Positions 1-11,229 of a DNA stretch of 49,539 bases are shown piece after piece. This stretch comes from Girardia tigrina (lineage: Eukaryota). Every line of letters begins with the position of its first letter. Positions within the stretch are counted from its first letter, which is position 1. The notes beneath the pieces are model-generated. The model was not told where the DNA came from. It worked only from the letters and a program-made list of their open reading frames with translations, and searched no databases. The stretch is from contig MQRK01195906.1 in NCBI GenBank assembly GCA_001938485.1, positions 29,223 to 78,761 of the forward strand, in the 5' to 3' direction. Both the position numbers and the translations under genes were made by a program.

Positions 1-7
1 ATATATA

Positions 8-640
8 CAGGGGCGTAGCATGGGGGGGGGACGGCGGCACTACTGTTGGGGGCACCATTTATGAATAGGAAAAATATTATAAAAAATAAAACAAAGAAAA
101 ATCTGACCAGAAATGCTGGTCATAACAGAATGTTAAAATGATGATGCTAGCCGCTAGAAGATTTGTCTGTTTCCACTTTTGCACAAATTCTTACCTTGTG
201 AAATTAGCGGGTGCAACAGTAATGAAGAGAGTTAAAGAGACCGGGATGTCATTCAGTAAGAAGAAAAAGAAGAATTTTCTGAAGTTTGACAATCGAAAAG
301 CAAAAAGAATTTGCTTGAATTCATGTCGTTTAATTTCAAAAAAAAAATTATTTTGAATAATGTCGGTTGTATAGTATGCAAAAATACAATGGAAGATATC
401 TGACATAACGTATACCATTTGATTTACTCCTGTGAAACACAGAATATTAATTATTCGTGTATCTTAGGATACATCATCATCGAAAAGAGCTATTTACTGC
501 ACAAACTCATCGAGAAGAAATTTATGAAAATTTCTTCACATATGATCTGCCTCTAATTTGACACTAGGATAATCGGGATACACAGTGAGAAGATCAAATT
601 GTAGATCTGGAACACCACGAAACAAGAGCTTTTCCAGGCC
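8..640 (-). mobile_element. Degenerate hAT-superfamily remnant (one terminus plus decayed transposase C-terminal fragments)
   Basis: CAGGGGCGTAGC at 8 is a hAT-type terminus. Minus-strand fragments FLLDEFVQ*IALF and LLNDIPVSLTLFITVAPA resemble the hATC dimerisation region (consensus like FPNIxxALRLFLTIPVTxA). No second TIR or TSD seen. Confidence 0.35.
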
Positions 641-1004
641 TTGACTCGTATGTACGATGTGTTACTCAAATCAATTTTCAACCCCATTCACAACTGGATG
701 ATTGACGCACATTGACCTAACAAGCCTCAACATTGTGATTCTCATGATCGGAAACAAGAGCAATATGCACGAATTAGATTACAATTAAAACATAGGGTAC
801 CCCAGAATATTTTCTGGGAAATACATCTTAATTTTGGATACAAGCGTGCTACAAAAATAAATTTTTTTTAAAATTAAGAACTGCAGTCAAAAACGACATA
901 TTAAAACAAAAAGTATTCAACGACGTAGCAAAAATATAAATATCTCAATAAAAAATTGAACAAAATCTTGAATTTTTTGTTATTTATTTAGTTATTAATT
1001 AATA

Positions 1005-2931
1005 CTCCCTCTGTTCCGAAATAATGTTTACATATAACCATGACTTTTTGTTCCAAAATAATGTTTACATTTCCAAACTTTTGCAGCCAAAAAGTAAATC
1101 TTACTGAAAAGCATTTATTATAATTATTGAAAAGCATTTATAATCATTATTGAATCGAATTTTAATACTCCATTATTTACAATATTTTATTTAAGATGAG
1201 GGGTCAGTATTTATATTTACAGGGTCTGCTCATCAATATTTTGCCGTGCCATGAGAATCGTTTCTGGTCTGCACGTTAGAGATGCTGGCTAGAGTACCAT
1301 TGTTGCGAAGCTTTGTTTTGCCGATATGCGGCAACTTAAAATTATTTCCCCCCTTCGCAAGCATCGTCTTTTCCATGCATTGCTGAAGTGTTAAAAATAC
1401 ATTATCAAGCTTATCTGGGTGTAGCTCATCGAAAGCATTACTCACGCAGCTAATCAGTTCGTCAAAAGTCTTCGGAGAATACTGATGTTGAATGGATTGA
1501 ATGGCATTGAAGAACCAGAGATACAATACGTTCATGTCGGGACTATTAGGTGGTTGGTTTTTAAACATAATGTAAAACCCATCTCTTGATCCCTATTCCA
1601 ATATATCTGGATCATCTTTGTTGAAATATGCTTTCGCATTGTCTTGTTGAACGTAAATGACATCATTTGATTGGGGAAGCTTTGCCCTGATCGCCGGAAG
1701 CACATTTTGCACAATCATTTTTTTTACATTCCTGTGCATTGATCGATTCAATACTTTTTGTGACGTAAGTACCCTTTGTTCGGTTCTTGCTACTTTTTTT
1801 TGGTTGCCTCTTTATACACAAACGGCCAGATGCCAATCTTACCATTAAAATAATCATCAGAACCAACATCACCTCTGGGCCTCGCAACAGCTGTTATAAA
1901 CATCACCTTCGTGATGAATCTTTTGCTTTGGCATGTTCTGTGGGGAACCTCTTCATCCATGGTAAAGCAGTAGTTACGCTTGACCTTCCAAAGGTAGAAT
2001 CATCTCTCATCAATATGAACATGATTGCAAAAAGTCTCGAAGCACCCATCTGGTTTTACATACGACAGGCAAAACTTCAGACGGTCGATTTTATTTCTAT
2101 CCGTTAGTAATGGCTTTACTGTGGATGAAACCCGTTTTAATAACTTACGCTCCTTCAAATTCCTGAATAATATTGTTTTTGGAATAGCGCTGGCACACGA
2201 TAGACTTCCAAGGGTTCATCGCCGATTTAGAGGAATGTTCTTGATGTCTTTTAATTTATCAGCATAGTTTTTCTTTTTTCGTCCACAATTTATTTTCATT
2301 GATGATGAGTCAACAACAATTTCACCTCTTCGAATTTGATCAGAAGCATTTCTTCAGAGTTTCGAAATCGAAACTCTCGACACGTTGTACTTAGCGGAAA
2401 TTTCATTTATGGCTCCATGCTTCAGCTTGGGATGATTTCTGATGGACATATTCATTAGAAAATCTTGAAAAATCGCACTCCTTTCTTCATTAGACAATTG
2501 ATAAGTTGGACGTAAATTTTATGTAGTCATTTTCGATTTGTTAGCATAACTGTCGCCAAACAGGCAATAAAATTACTCATAGTTTAATTAATAGATGATG
2601 ATTAATCACTGATGATTAAGTGTACCATAAAAGTGTAAAACGTTGTTTATTTTGTGATTGATGTCGATTTAACGTGGTAAATACCGCAAGTTCATAATTT
2701 TTCTAATTTGTGTTAAATGATGCAATTTTCTTTACTAGAAATGTCTAACTTGATAAAATTCTTTTATGAAGTGCCGAAAACGAGAAAAGGAAAGCATGAT
2801 ATAAATGTTGTTAAAAAATGCGACCTGTAGCCATGGAAATTTTTGTTGGCCCTGACGTGCTGGATCGTTATCTATCCTGATAATCGAAAAGATTTATCCC
2901 AAATGTAAACATTATTTCGGAATAGAGGGAG
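1005..2931 (-). mobile_element. Full-length but inactive DD39D (plant-mariner/Guest-type) Tc1/mariner transposon
   Basis: 29-bp TIRs CTCCCTCT(G/A)TTCCGAAATAATGTTTACAT with 1 mismatch, TA on both sides (1003-4 and 2932-3), and a subterminal repeat of the TIR core near 1051-1070. The transposase pseudogene lies inside. Confidence 0.92.
1233..2530 (-). pseudogene. DD39D transposase pseudogene
   Basis: Motifs VHIDER*FY, KVMFITAVARPR, VQQDNAK, QPPNSPDMNVL(Y)LWFFNAIQS and GGNNFKLPH. As read, 39 codons separate the QQD Asp from the third catalytic position, which is TAT (Tyr) instead of Asp. Multiple stops and frameshifts. Confidence 0.9.
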
Positions 2932-3637
2932 TATTATTTTTAATACATCTTTGAGACAACATTGAGACAATTTTCATTTGAAAATTTATTATTATCACAT
3001 TTAGAGTCATCACAAATCTTGGAAAATCTTTCACTGTTTGACATCGCTCTAATTCGTTTTTTAATTTCTATTTTTAATAATGATTATTCGAGCAATTTTT
3101 CTAAATCTTTTTAAAATATTTAATTTCTAAAAATATTAATTAAAAATACTAATTTTAATCAGTTCTTTATAAAAATTCTAAATTATAAAAATTTTATGTG
3201 ATTGTTAAAAATGAATTTACTTTAAATTTTATTAGTTTTATTTATATCTAATTAAATACCCTTCTTTTTTTTTAAAAAAAATATTAAACTTAATTTTAAT
3301 AATTAATTTTAAAAATATAAGCTTATCAAATTATTAACTTAAATATGTTCGAATAGTCAATCAATGTAAATACAACAAACACCAATTTCCATCTGGATTG
3401 GAGAATCACCATTCTATGTTAAACTTCTCGAATCAACATACCTCATTAATACATTCACACATTCATACAATTACAAATATTCCTCATAAAAACTTTAAAA
3501 AAGAAAAAAGTTTATTTTGAAAGGCAAAATGAGACTAGCTTATCATTTTACTCTTAATATTCCTACCCATCAATGTACTAAAACTTGACGGATAATATCT
3601 TTTAACAGAAAATAAGAAATAAACATGTTTTAACTTA

Positions 3638-4625
3638 CATAGTGAGGCCTAAAAGTCCATAGATTAGTAGATTAGTTATTAATGTATAAGCCTTAATTAG
3701 GAGATGTATATAATGATTTACAACTTACAATTTGATTAAATTTTGTAAGAGCAGCAGGACGTACCATGAGAAGAGGAACGGGAGACTAGTGGGAAATTAT
3801 TGGAAAAAAATAAAGAAATTTAAGAATATTGGGAAAAATGATTGGAAAACGACAATGAAACAAATTTAAACATCAGCTATTTAAAAATGCATAATGTGCT
3901 TTATTTCTTTGGAGTAAGGAAGTTATGCTCGCGATTCGTGCTTTAGTTTTGCAACCTGGACATGTGTGAGAAGCACCTTCAGTGCTTTAAATGGAACGTC
4001 AACATCCTCACCGAAATTATTGCTCAATATCTAAATAATATTGTGTCATAGGACAAAATATCGTTCTCCCTCAACATCTCAGATGAACAAAGATCGTCCA
4101 AAAATTGACATTCTCAGGTGAAAAGAATTCTCAAAATTATGAAGGTGAATTCTCTCAACAACTAGAGATGATAATGGTGATTTTTCAGGATTTGCATGTT
4201 GCTCACACTGATTACTCTGACAAAACCACTAAACTTAATAGCGAATACTACGCGCGTGTTGTAGAAGAAGCTTGTTAGAAAAAGCGAAATCCATACAGCC
4301 AAACACTGCTCTTACTCTATGACAACGCGACTGTGCATAAATTCGCTTTGGCCGGACTGTTGTTAAGAAATATTGAGATAAATAAATACCCCATCCTTCC
4401 TACAACGATTTTTTCAAGCGATTTCTAAATGTTCTATCACCTGAAGAAGCATTAAAAAGAGAAACGCATTGCAGACAAAGAGGAATCAATGCAAGCAGTT
4501 ACCTCATTTCGTAGTAAAAAGCCTTCTGATTGGTAAAAAATGCTTCCTCTGACCTAGTCCGATGATCAAATGTGTGAGTTGAGATGATAGAGATTACGTG
4601 GAAATGTAGATTGTTCTTATAACTT
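3638..4625 (+). mobile_element. Highly degenerate mariner (DD34D-type) remnant
   Basis: Fragments LNSEYYARVVEEAC*KKRNP, LLLLYDNATVHK, PHPSY and FYHLKK. Similar to the copy at 30799-31710. Confidence 0.7.
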
Positions 4626-5509
4626 CTATAATTAATCTATCAAAAAATCAAATCTGATGTTTATTTGATGAGCTGGGATCGGAATTTGGTGGTGATTTGG
4701 GAGTGTAAAAATCATTTGGAGTCGAGAGAGTTTACTGTAAAATTTTCCCCGCAAACCGGGATCCCTCTCCGACATCACAATGCCGCGGTTACACAGCTGC
4801 GCGACCAACTCTTAGACCAATATTCCATAAGTAAAGAATTACTATAAGCAAGTTTTAACAAAATGCTGTAGTGTACCAATTGTGGCTCACTAGACTAATC
4901 TTTATTTTCTGCAAAACTATTTTTATGTAAATTTTTGATTATATACTCTACATTTATTTAAAAACTGTTGCGATCAAAACCGTACCTTGAATAAAGTCGC
5001 TCACATATAAACCTCAAACAGTACATGCAAATATTACAATCCTGCAAACACTCACAATGGTTGAGACAACAACCACAAACAAACACTAAGAACAAAACAA
5101 ACCAGTTCTTTAATACATATATTGGAGAAGGAGGACATGAAAGAATACCCGAGTCCTTGTGAGGCCGTCGTCAGTCCCTATAAATAATTGTACAATAAAT
5201 ACCACCCAAAATAACGAAATTAACACCAAAATGTCACGTTGCCGATAACCGGTGTTCGACATCGTTCCCTTCGGCTCTCACCATAAGATACCCGAATTTG
5301 AAAGAATTTCATCCAAAATATCCCCATTACCCTTATACGGACCTCTGAAACAATCAACAAATAATGGAATTCCAAAACCTAAATTAATTAAGAACTCACG
5401 ATTTTCCAAAAATCCGAAATAGACACGATCATGTTTGGTCGCATATGTTTTGAAAATAGGAGTTTTCGTTAATCTCTAAAAGCGACTGGGACTCTGAGTC
5501 TGCAAAAAT

Positions 5510-5830
5510 GTTGTTATGCTCACTAACATATGCTCACAAACATAAATGCTCACTAACATATCTGTTAAAACAGTTAAACGCTTAAAATTGTCATTTTAAT
5601 TGAATTTTAAAATTAAATCGTGAAATAAAGGGCCAAAAAATAAAATGAAAGAGCCGTAAAGAACGAAGTAAGAAATATTCGATGGTGCACTATGTTTAAA
5701 AATGTATTCAAAAGCTCAAGTAATTGCTAAAAGGTGTAAACCATTTAATAATGGGGAGTTTATAAAAGAATGCATAATTAATGTAAACATTATTTTGCAC
5801 CTAAATAAATCTGCATGTTGATATCAAAAC
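5510..5830 (+). mobile_element. hAT (Charlie/Buster/SPIN-like) transposase fragment with short subterminal-type repeats
   Basis: AQVIAKRCKPFNNGEFIKECII matches the IAKxxKPFxxGEFIKEC motif of Buster/GTF2IRD2-like transposases. Three ATGCTCAC(T/A)AACAT repeats at about 5516-5560. Confidence 0.55.
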
Positions 5831-7444
5831 TAAAATAAATTTTAAGAAACAGAAAAAAATGAAGAAACAATGAAAGGAAAAAAATGCATACCTAATAATA
5901 TATCTAATTATATATATATTGTATTTTATAAAATAATTTATTAAAAGTAATATATTTAATAAAAATAATAATAATTTTTATTTCAATTAATAATAATAAT
6001 TAGTTTCGTTAGTTCAAATATTTTTAAATTTTATGATATTTTCATTTTTATTGTATTTATTAATTTTGAAATTTTATTTTAATTTGCTTTTAAAATTCAA
6101 TTTAATCTTGGGTTGATTGTGACAATGAACCTCTTCGAACTGCTCATTATGGGATTGACTTTTTAACTTTTCTCCTTAAAATTAATGGGTATATTTTAAA
6201 AGCTGACATTGTTATATATTATATTTATCAAAGTGCATACCTTGAGACATTTTATTGTAAAAATGTCCCCCTTAAATATGTTTTTGTTTTCTGTAATATT
6301 TTTTATAATTAAGCTAAAAATTAAAACGTTTTATAATTGCTTTTTTAAACATTTTTTAATGTGTGGCATGATACAAATAAACGTAAAAAATATAAGTAAA
6401 CATTGTTTGAATCCATCAAATATTAGTTATATCTACAAGCACAAGATTGAATTATTGTCTTAACCTGTAAATATAAACGTGTTCCAATGAAGGTGATTTT
6501 TGTGTTAACTGAATTTCATTTGAATTTCGCATGTGACTTATTAGTATTTCAACTTAGATTACATTTTAGGATGCCTAGAATAAGCTACGAGATAGCTGGA
6601 AAACCTGAAAATATCTAAGCCGGGACATAAATCCCGTCTGCATGTAGTAATCTCATGTAGAATGTCATATTTTGGCACTATACCCAAGTATAGTTGTACA
6701 AAAATCAAGCCCCGTGTTCCATCCTCCGATTCTAATGAATCTTTATCAACTTTTTCTTTTGAAATTTTTAATACTTAATTACTAATAATTTCATCATTTA
6801 GCACTTTTTTATGAAAATAGAATAATTCATAATTTGCAATTTTTTTTAATTTTGACCATATTTGAACCATTTAATTTTTCTTTCTTTTATAATGATTACT
6901 TTAATAAACCATTTATTATTTTTATACCTATTCCTAAACTAGAAAAGGAACTTGATAAATGTAATACTAACTAACTACTTATACTTTAAAACTAACATGT
7001 TAGGAAGAATGTCTTCTTGAGTGTTATGCATTAAAAATTGTGTAATCAAATACAACTTTAATACAAATCTTTTCTTTACACAAGAGAAGATTGATATAAA
7101 TTTTTTTTCCAGAAATAAATCATTCTTCCCTTTATTATTGGACGCATATAGAACTGGTTCCATGTAAATTACACCCACAAAAATTCCACCTTTTTAATGG
7201 AATGGAATGGAATACTATTTTTGGTGGTATTTTCGAGGGTGGTATCTTGATGGGGAATTTTCGGATCACCATAATTTCGACTGTGTTATTGGATTTGTTT
7301 GAAAAGATGAAGTATCGTCTCTTTAATATTCAGGTGTTTGTACATATTACATAAATATTGATAAACTTAATCCAAATACAAAGCAAATGAAGTGTCAAAT
7401 TTTTTGCTAAACAGACTTTAAATTTTAAGTGTTTGTAAAACAAT

Positions 7445-7685
7445 CTTTCTTCTTTTTTCGGACCTTAGCCCTGTGGCAGTTGGTGCACAAAATTATGCAT
7501 AAGCTTTCTCCAATGCACGAAATTTTTAGTCAGTATTTTTAAAACGTCTATGTTACATCCACTTCATTCTTTTAAATCATCTTCCGATTGTCTCTTTGAT
7601 ATTCATCTTTTTACTCTTCATTTTATCATAAGATTTGATAATATGTGTTTTTTCTTACGATGTCCATGCAATGTAATTTTAAATC
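7445..7685 (-). mobile_element. 3' remnant of an RTE-like non-LTR retrotransposon
   Basis: Minus strand reads SKRQSEDDLKE*SGCNIDVLKILTKNFVHWRKLM (compare GRPKRxWxDDIKEWxGxxxxxxxxLAxDRxxWRxL), followed by an AAG-rich tail AAAAAGAAGAAAGA. Confidence 0.55.
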
Positions 7686-8292
7686 TACTTTCTTTTGAAA
7701 AACTTACACATCAGTTATGCCAAAAATAATATTAAAATAATAGCTAAAAATAATAATACTTCAAAAATAACCAACGAAAGCGAAACTATTGAAAGACTCT
7801 TTCATAAGATCGGTACTTTGAATGATGAAATAAATTAACAGAAAAATAAAGTAAACTATCAGGCAAACATCCATAAAGACTCTGAAACACAAACTCTGTA
7901 TAATAATAGTACTAACAATATTCATTATAGAGGTTCTCGAAAATATAATAAATATAATAATTATATCCCCGTATATTTCTCTGTGGTTCACAGTGAAGAT
8001 GTCAGGATCTAATGTTCAATTTTTGTAACAATTAGATAATTGAAATCCGATTTTTGGGGCACTTGTTAGGGATAAAGGGTCGTTTGCGATATGCGATGAT
8101 CTCTTTTAATTAGTACTTCTTAAATTAACTTCATTCAAACTTGTTAAACCTCCTCGAATGAAAACAAAAATATCAGTAACAAATTAATAATTATAAATGC
8201 AAAATTTTGTCAAAATTTTGCATTCTTAAAAGTTTGTTATCTAATACGTTCAAAACTATTATCAAACTCTCTAAAGAGAGACATTAGATTTA

Positions 8293-8866
8293 CGAGGGGC
8301 GTTCCGAAAGTAAGTGGAAATGCTTATATGCGGGTGTGCGCGTGTGTGTGCATCTTACAGAGGGACATATGGCGTGGTAGCGTGATGTACTTACCAGCCA
8401 ATAGAAATCGAGCAAAAGTGGCATTGGTCCATGCAATATGTGAGCATCATAGAGGAAACTGTCATAGGCAGTGTTTTCATTTTTGTTTAACACATGGAAG
8501 ACGCAGTACGTTCTCAGCGTGCCATCATCTTTTTCCTTTGGAAAGAGGATACTCCAGTGTCTGACATTGTGCACCGCTTATCAAATGTGTTTCATGGAAG
8601 AGATCTGCAAAAGTCTGCCGTCTACAATTGGGTGCATCAATTCGAAAATGGACGTGAATCCTTGGACGACGAGGACAGAAGTGGACGTCCAGCAACGACG
8701 AGCACGGTAGAAAATGTGGAAAAATTGTAGGAGACCATCAATGCAAATCGCTGCCTTACCAAGTTTGACAGTGATGAGGATGATGAATGACATTGTATTC
8801 TTTCAATAAATGCTTTCTTGTGGTGTCGTCTCCCTTTTTTTCCACTTACTTTCGGAACGCCCCTCG
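8293..8866 (+). mobile_element. Internally deleted non-autonomous mariner (574 bp) retaining only the N-terminal HTH region
   Basis: Perfect 28-bp TIRs CGAGGGGCGTTCCGAAAGTAAGTGGAAA with TA TSD. ORF 8494-8730 (QRAIIFFLWKE...VYNWVHQFENGRESLDDEDRSGRP) is a mariner DNA-binding region. Confidence 0.93.
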
Positions 8867-9115
8867 TACTAGAAAAAAATATCATTTAAGTACGTAAATA
8901 AATGAACTATATTTTGATCATGGTAGAAGTTGTAAAAGTTAAGGAATCCTACGAAAACCAAACTAGGACATCACGTACTCTCTATATGATCTACACAGGA
9001 AAATATCTAAAAGAAATAAAACAATGAATAAATTAAATTATATTAATTCTTTTATTTGTTCTGAATTCGATAACTATGATTAAATAAATCAAAAAAATAT
9101 TAAGACAATAATAAT

Positions 9116-9121
9116 TTTATT
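9116..9121 (-). terminator. Candidate polyadenylation signal of the peptide gene
   Basis: AATAAA 8 nt after the spliced stop codon. AT-rich background makes this weak on its own. Confidence 0.4.
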
Positions 9122-9128
9122 TTCTTAT

Positions 9129-9331
9129 TCATACTGATTCTAAAAATGATTAAAAAAAGGTGGAATAATTTGTTCATTACTTTTTCCGCTAAGACCTCCT
9201 ATATGTACCCCTACTCCATATCGCGGGTAAAAATAATTCTGTCTTTTTGCCACCCATATTTCCCTCGATTCAATTTCATAACCCTGAAAGATTATAAAAC
9301 AGACACTGAAAGCTAAAATTAAAAATTTCAT
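9129..9331 (-). CDS. Two-exon small secreted peptide prohormone, 53 aa: MKFLILAFSVCFIIFQGYEIESREIWVAKR-QNYFYPRYGVGVHIGGLS-GKK-SV. Exons 9331-9181 and 9139-9129; intron 9180-9140.
   Basis: Hydrophobic signal peptide, KR dibasic site followed by Gln, and a 41-nt GTAATG...TTTTTAG intron whose removal creates Gly-Lys-Lys and a TGA stop. TATATAAA upstream and AATAAA just downstream. Confidence 0.72.
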
Positions 9332-9364
9332 ATGTTAAGATATAATGTGGCATTTCTATTCTCC

Positions 9365-9372
9365 TTTATATA
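9365..9372 (-). promoter_or_regulatory. TATA box of the small peptide gene
   Basis: TATATAAA (followed by GG) on the minus strand, ending 34 nt upstream of the ATG at 9331. Confidence 0.55.
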
Positions 9373-9625
9373 CGTTTCATTGAAGTTAATGTGTCAAAAA
9401 AGAGTGCGACCAAATATAAAGAATGAATAAAATAAATTACGGGTCCTAAGCAAATTTAAATAATATTTACTTTTATAAATAAATCAATATGTTCAGTAAA
9501 GAATAAAGGAAACCGAAGTTTTAATTTCAGTGGAAATAAAAGGATCTAAAAAAGAATTTTATAATTATTTGTAATATTATATATTGTGAAAAAATAGTTT
9601 TGTTAAAGTGTTTTAATAAATCGAT

Positions 9626-9664
9626 TACAGTACTTGTTTCGGAATATTCTCCACCATCAGCTAT
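9626..9664 (-). ncRNA. Minimal type I hammerhead ribozyme-like motif (core variant CUGAUGG)
   Basis: Minus strand: auag CUGAUGG u gga-gaauau-ucc GAAA caag UA cugu. Stems I and II can pair. Lies about 95 nt downstream of the PLE stop. Confidence 0.6.
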
Positions 9665-10962
9665 TTTAGGTACTATTATTTAAAATTGTACAAATATTTT
9701 ATTTATTTTGTATATTTAAGATATTATTGGATAATAATGGCAAAATGCTAAAAAAAATTATTTAAAAATTTTAAGATTTGAAATGGCTTTACTTTGTTCA
9801 TTTCGAATATTTATTAATGGGTTGTAGTGTCTTATTTTTAAGGATTCACAAAACTTTTTCTCATTGTGTGAATCAAAGCCCTTTTGTAAAACATGTAACT
9901 CCTCCTTTGAAATAGAAGAGATTCTATTTTTACAATGTAACAATGATCAAGAACCTTACTCGATCGTCTTGATTGTGAATGCTCACTAATTCGGGTTTTG
10001 AGATGACGATTTGTCTCTCCGATGTACGAGTTTTGACACTTATGACAAATTTATAAACCAGATTACCTTGCAATCTCCAAATCGTTTTATTATTCAAATT
10101 ATTCAAAATGAAGCTTTAAACTTTGAATGTAACTAAAACTACTTTGAAACTAATTAAATTCTTGCAAATACTTTTCCTAAATCCTTCAGAATATGGTATT
10201 TTGATATTTTTTATATTTAATTCTTTCCTAACCCGTGTTTGTGTATATAATTTGTCCAAGGTAACCTTAATGTTGTGATATATCATTTTGTTTGTGTACA
10301 TGTTATCCCTCAAGCGTCTCCTAAGAATATTTAAACTATGATGTGGGGTTTCAAAATTTGAAGACAAACTCAAAACTTTGTGAATATGATAGCCCTTTAT
10401 CATACCCTCTATTTATATGGTCTTACAGAAGCTATGTGGTGTTGTATAGAGACATGTATCTGTTGTCTTTTTGAATAATTCAGTTTGATATTTCCCATTC
10501 CTCTTAGTGACAAGAATGTCAAGAAAAGGAAGTTTTCTTACTAACTTCCAATTCTGTAGTGAATTTAAGAATAGTAGTGAATCAAGAATATTAAGAATGA
10601 TTCTTTAAGGAATTGGTTTTTGAAAACAAGAAAGATATTATCTACATATTTCTTGTGGAGCACAGGTTTTTCCGTAGGGTATGCATCAATGTTATCCTCA
10701 AGAGACGTAATAAAAACTAATGTCAATGTTGGTGCTAATGTGGAACCCATCGCGACTCAATCTTTCTGAATGTACTATTTATCATTAAAAAGAAATGGTA
10801 CATTTTTAGCCAAAAATTTAAGAAATTCTTTTATTTCATTTTTGTTTATTACTTCATTTACACCCATAATTTTTCAACGATGGGTGCATTCGTAAATAAA
10901 CTAGACATATTAAATGAGACCATACATTCAGAATCGCTTTTAGGTGTATGATCAAAATTGAA

Positions 10963-11131
10963 ATCTTTGAATTCAAAGTTATATTTGATCTTAAATTCAT
11001 TAGAAATCAAGGGATTCAATAAGGAATTAAGAACCATTGCCAAGTACAACGTTGCAAAGGTACTTGATTTCTTATTGTGTCCCTTGATTTCTAATGAATT
11101 TGAGATCAAACATAACTTTGAATTCAAAGAT
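10963..11131. repeat. Imperfect 169-bp palindrome (inverted duplication of PLE RT sequence)
   Basis: Arms ATCTTTGAATTCAAAGTTAT(A/G)TTTGATCT(T/C)AAATTCATTAGAAATCAAGGGA are reverse complements. Both strands encode LL(N/C)PLISNEFxIKxNFEFK. Confidence 0.9.
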
Positions 11132-11229
11132 AAGGAATCAAGAACCTTTTTGGTACTCTTAATTATTTGAAACTTTTCCCACAGTCTACATATATTTGCT
11201 TGGATGTCACGAACTTTAATATCCACTTT

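Larger units (their letters stand above)
9620..11135 (-). mobile_element. 5'-truncated Penelope-like element (RT + GIY-YIG endonuclease), pseudogenised
   Basis: RT motifs MVSFNMSSLFTNAPI, AMGSTLAPTL, KKYVDNIFLVF and LPFLDILV. GIY-YIG region NLVYKF..CHKCQNSYIGETNRHLKTRISEH and C-terminal FCESLKIRHYNPLIN. Hammerhead-like motif in the 3' UTR. Confidence 0.88.

Noticed and set aside
5150-5190. Minus-strand CTGACGA as a hammerhead core
   Set aside because: No stem II followed by GAAA.
7136-7325. Minus-strand frame ending KRWNFCGCNLHGTSSICVQ as a second secreted peptide
   Set aside because: No start codon with signal peptide, and no convincing upstream exon.
8196-8224. Perfect 29-bp palindrome AATGCAAAATTTTG-T-CAAAATTTTGCATT
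   Set aside because: Low complexity and isolated; no function can be supported.
9140-9331. Unspliced 63-aa ORF ending SNEQIIPPFFNHF as given in the ORF track
   Set aside because: The last 13 codons coincide exactly with a canonical GT-AG intron, and the spliced form gives a coherent amidation site.
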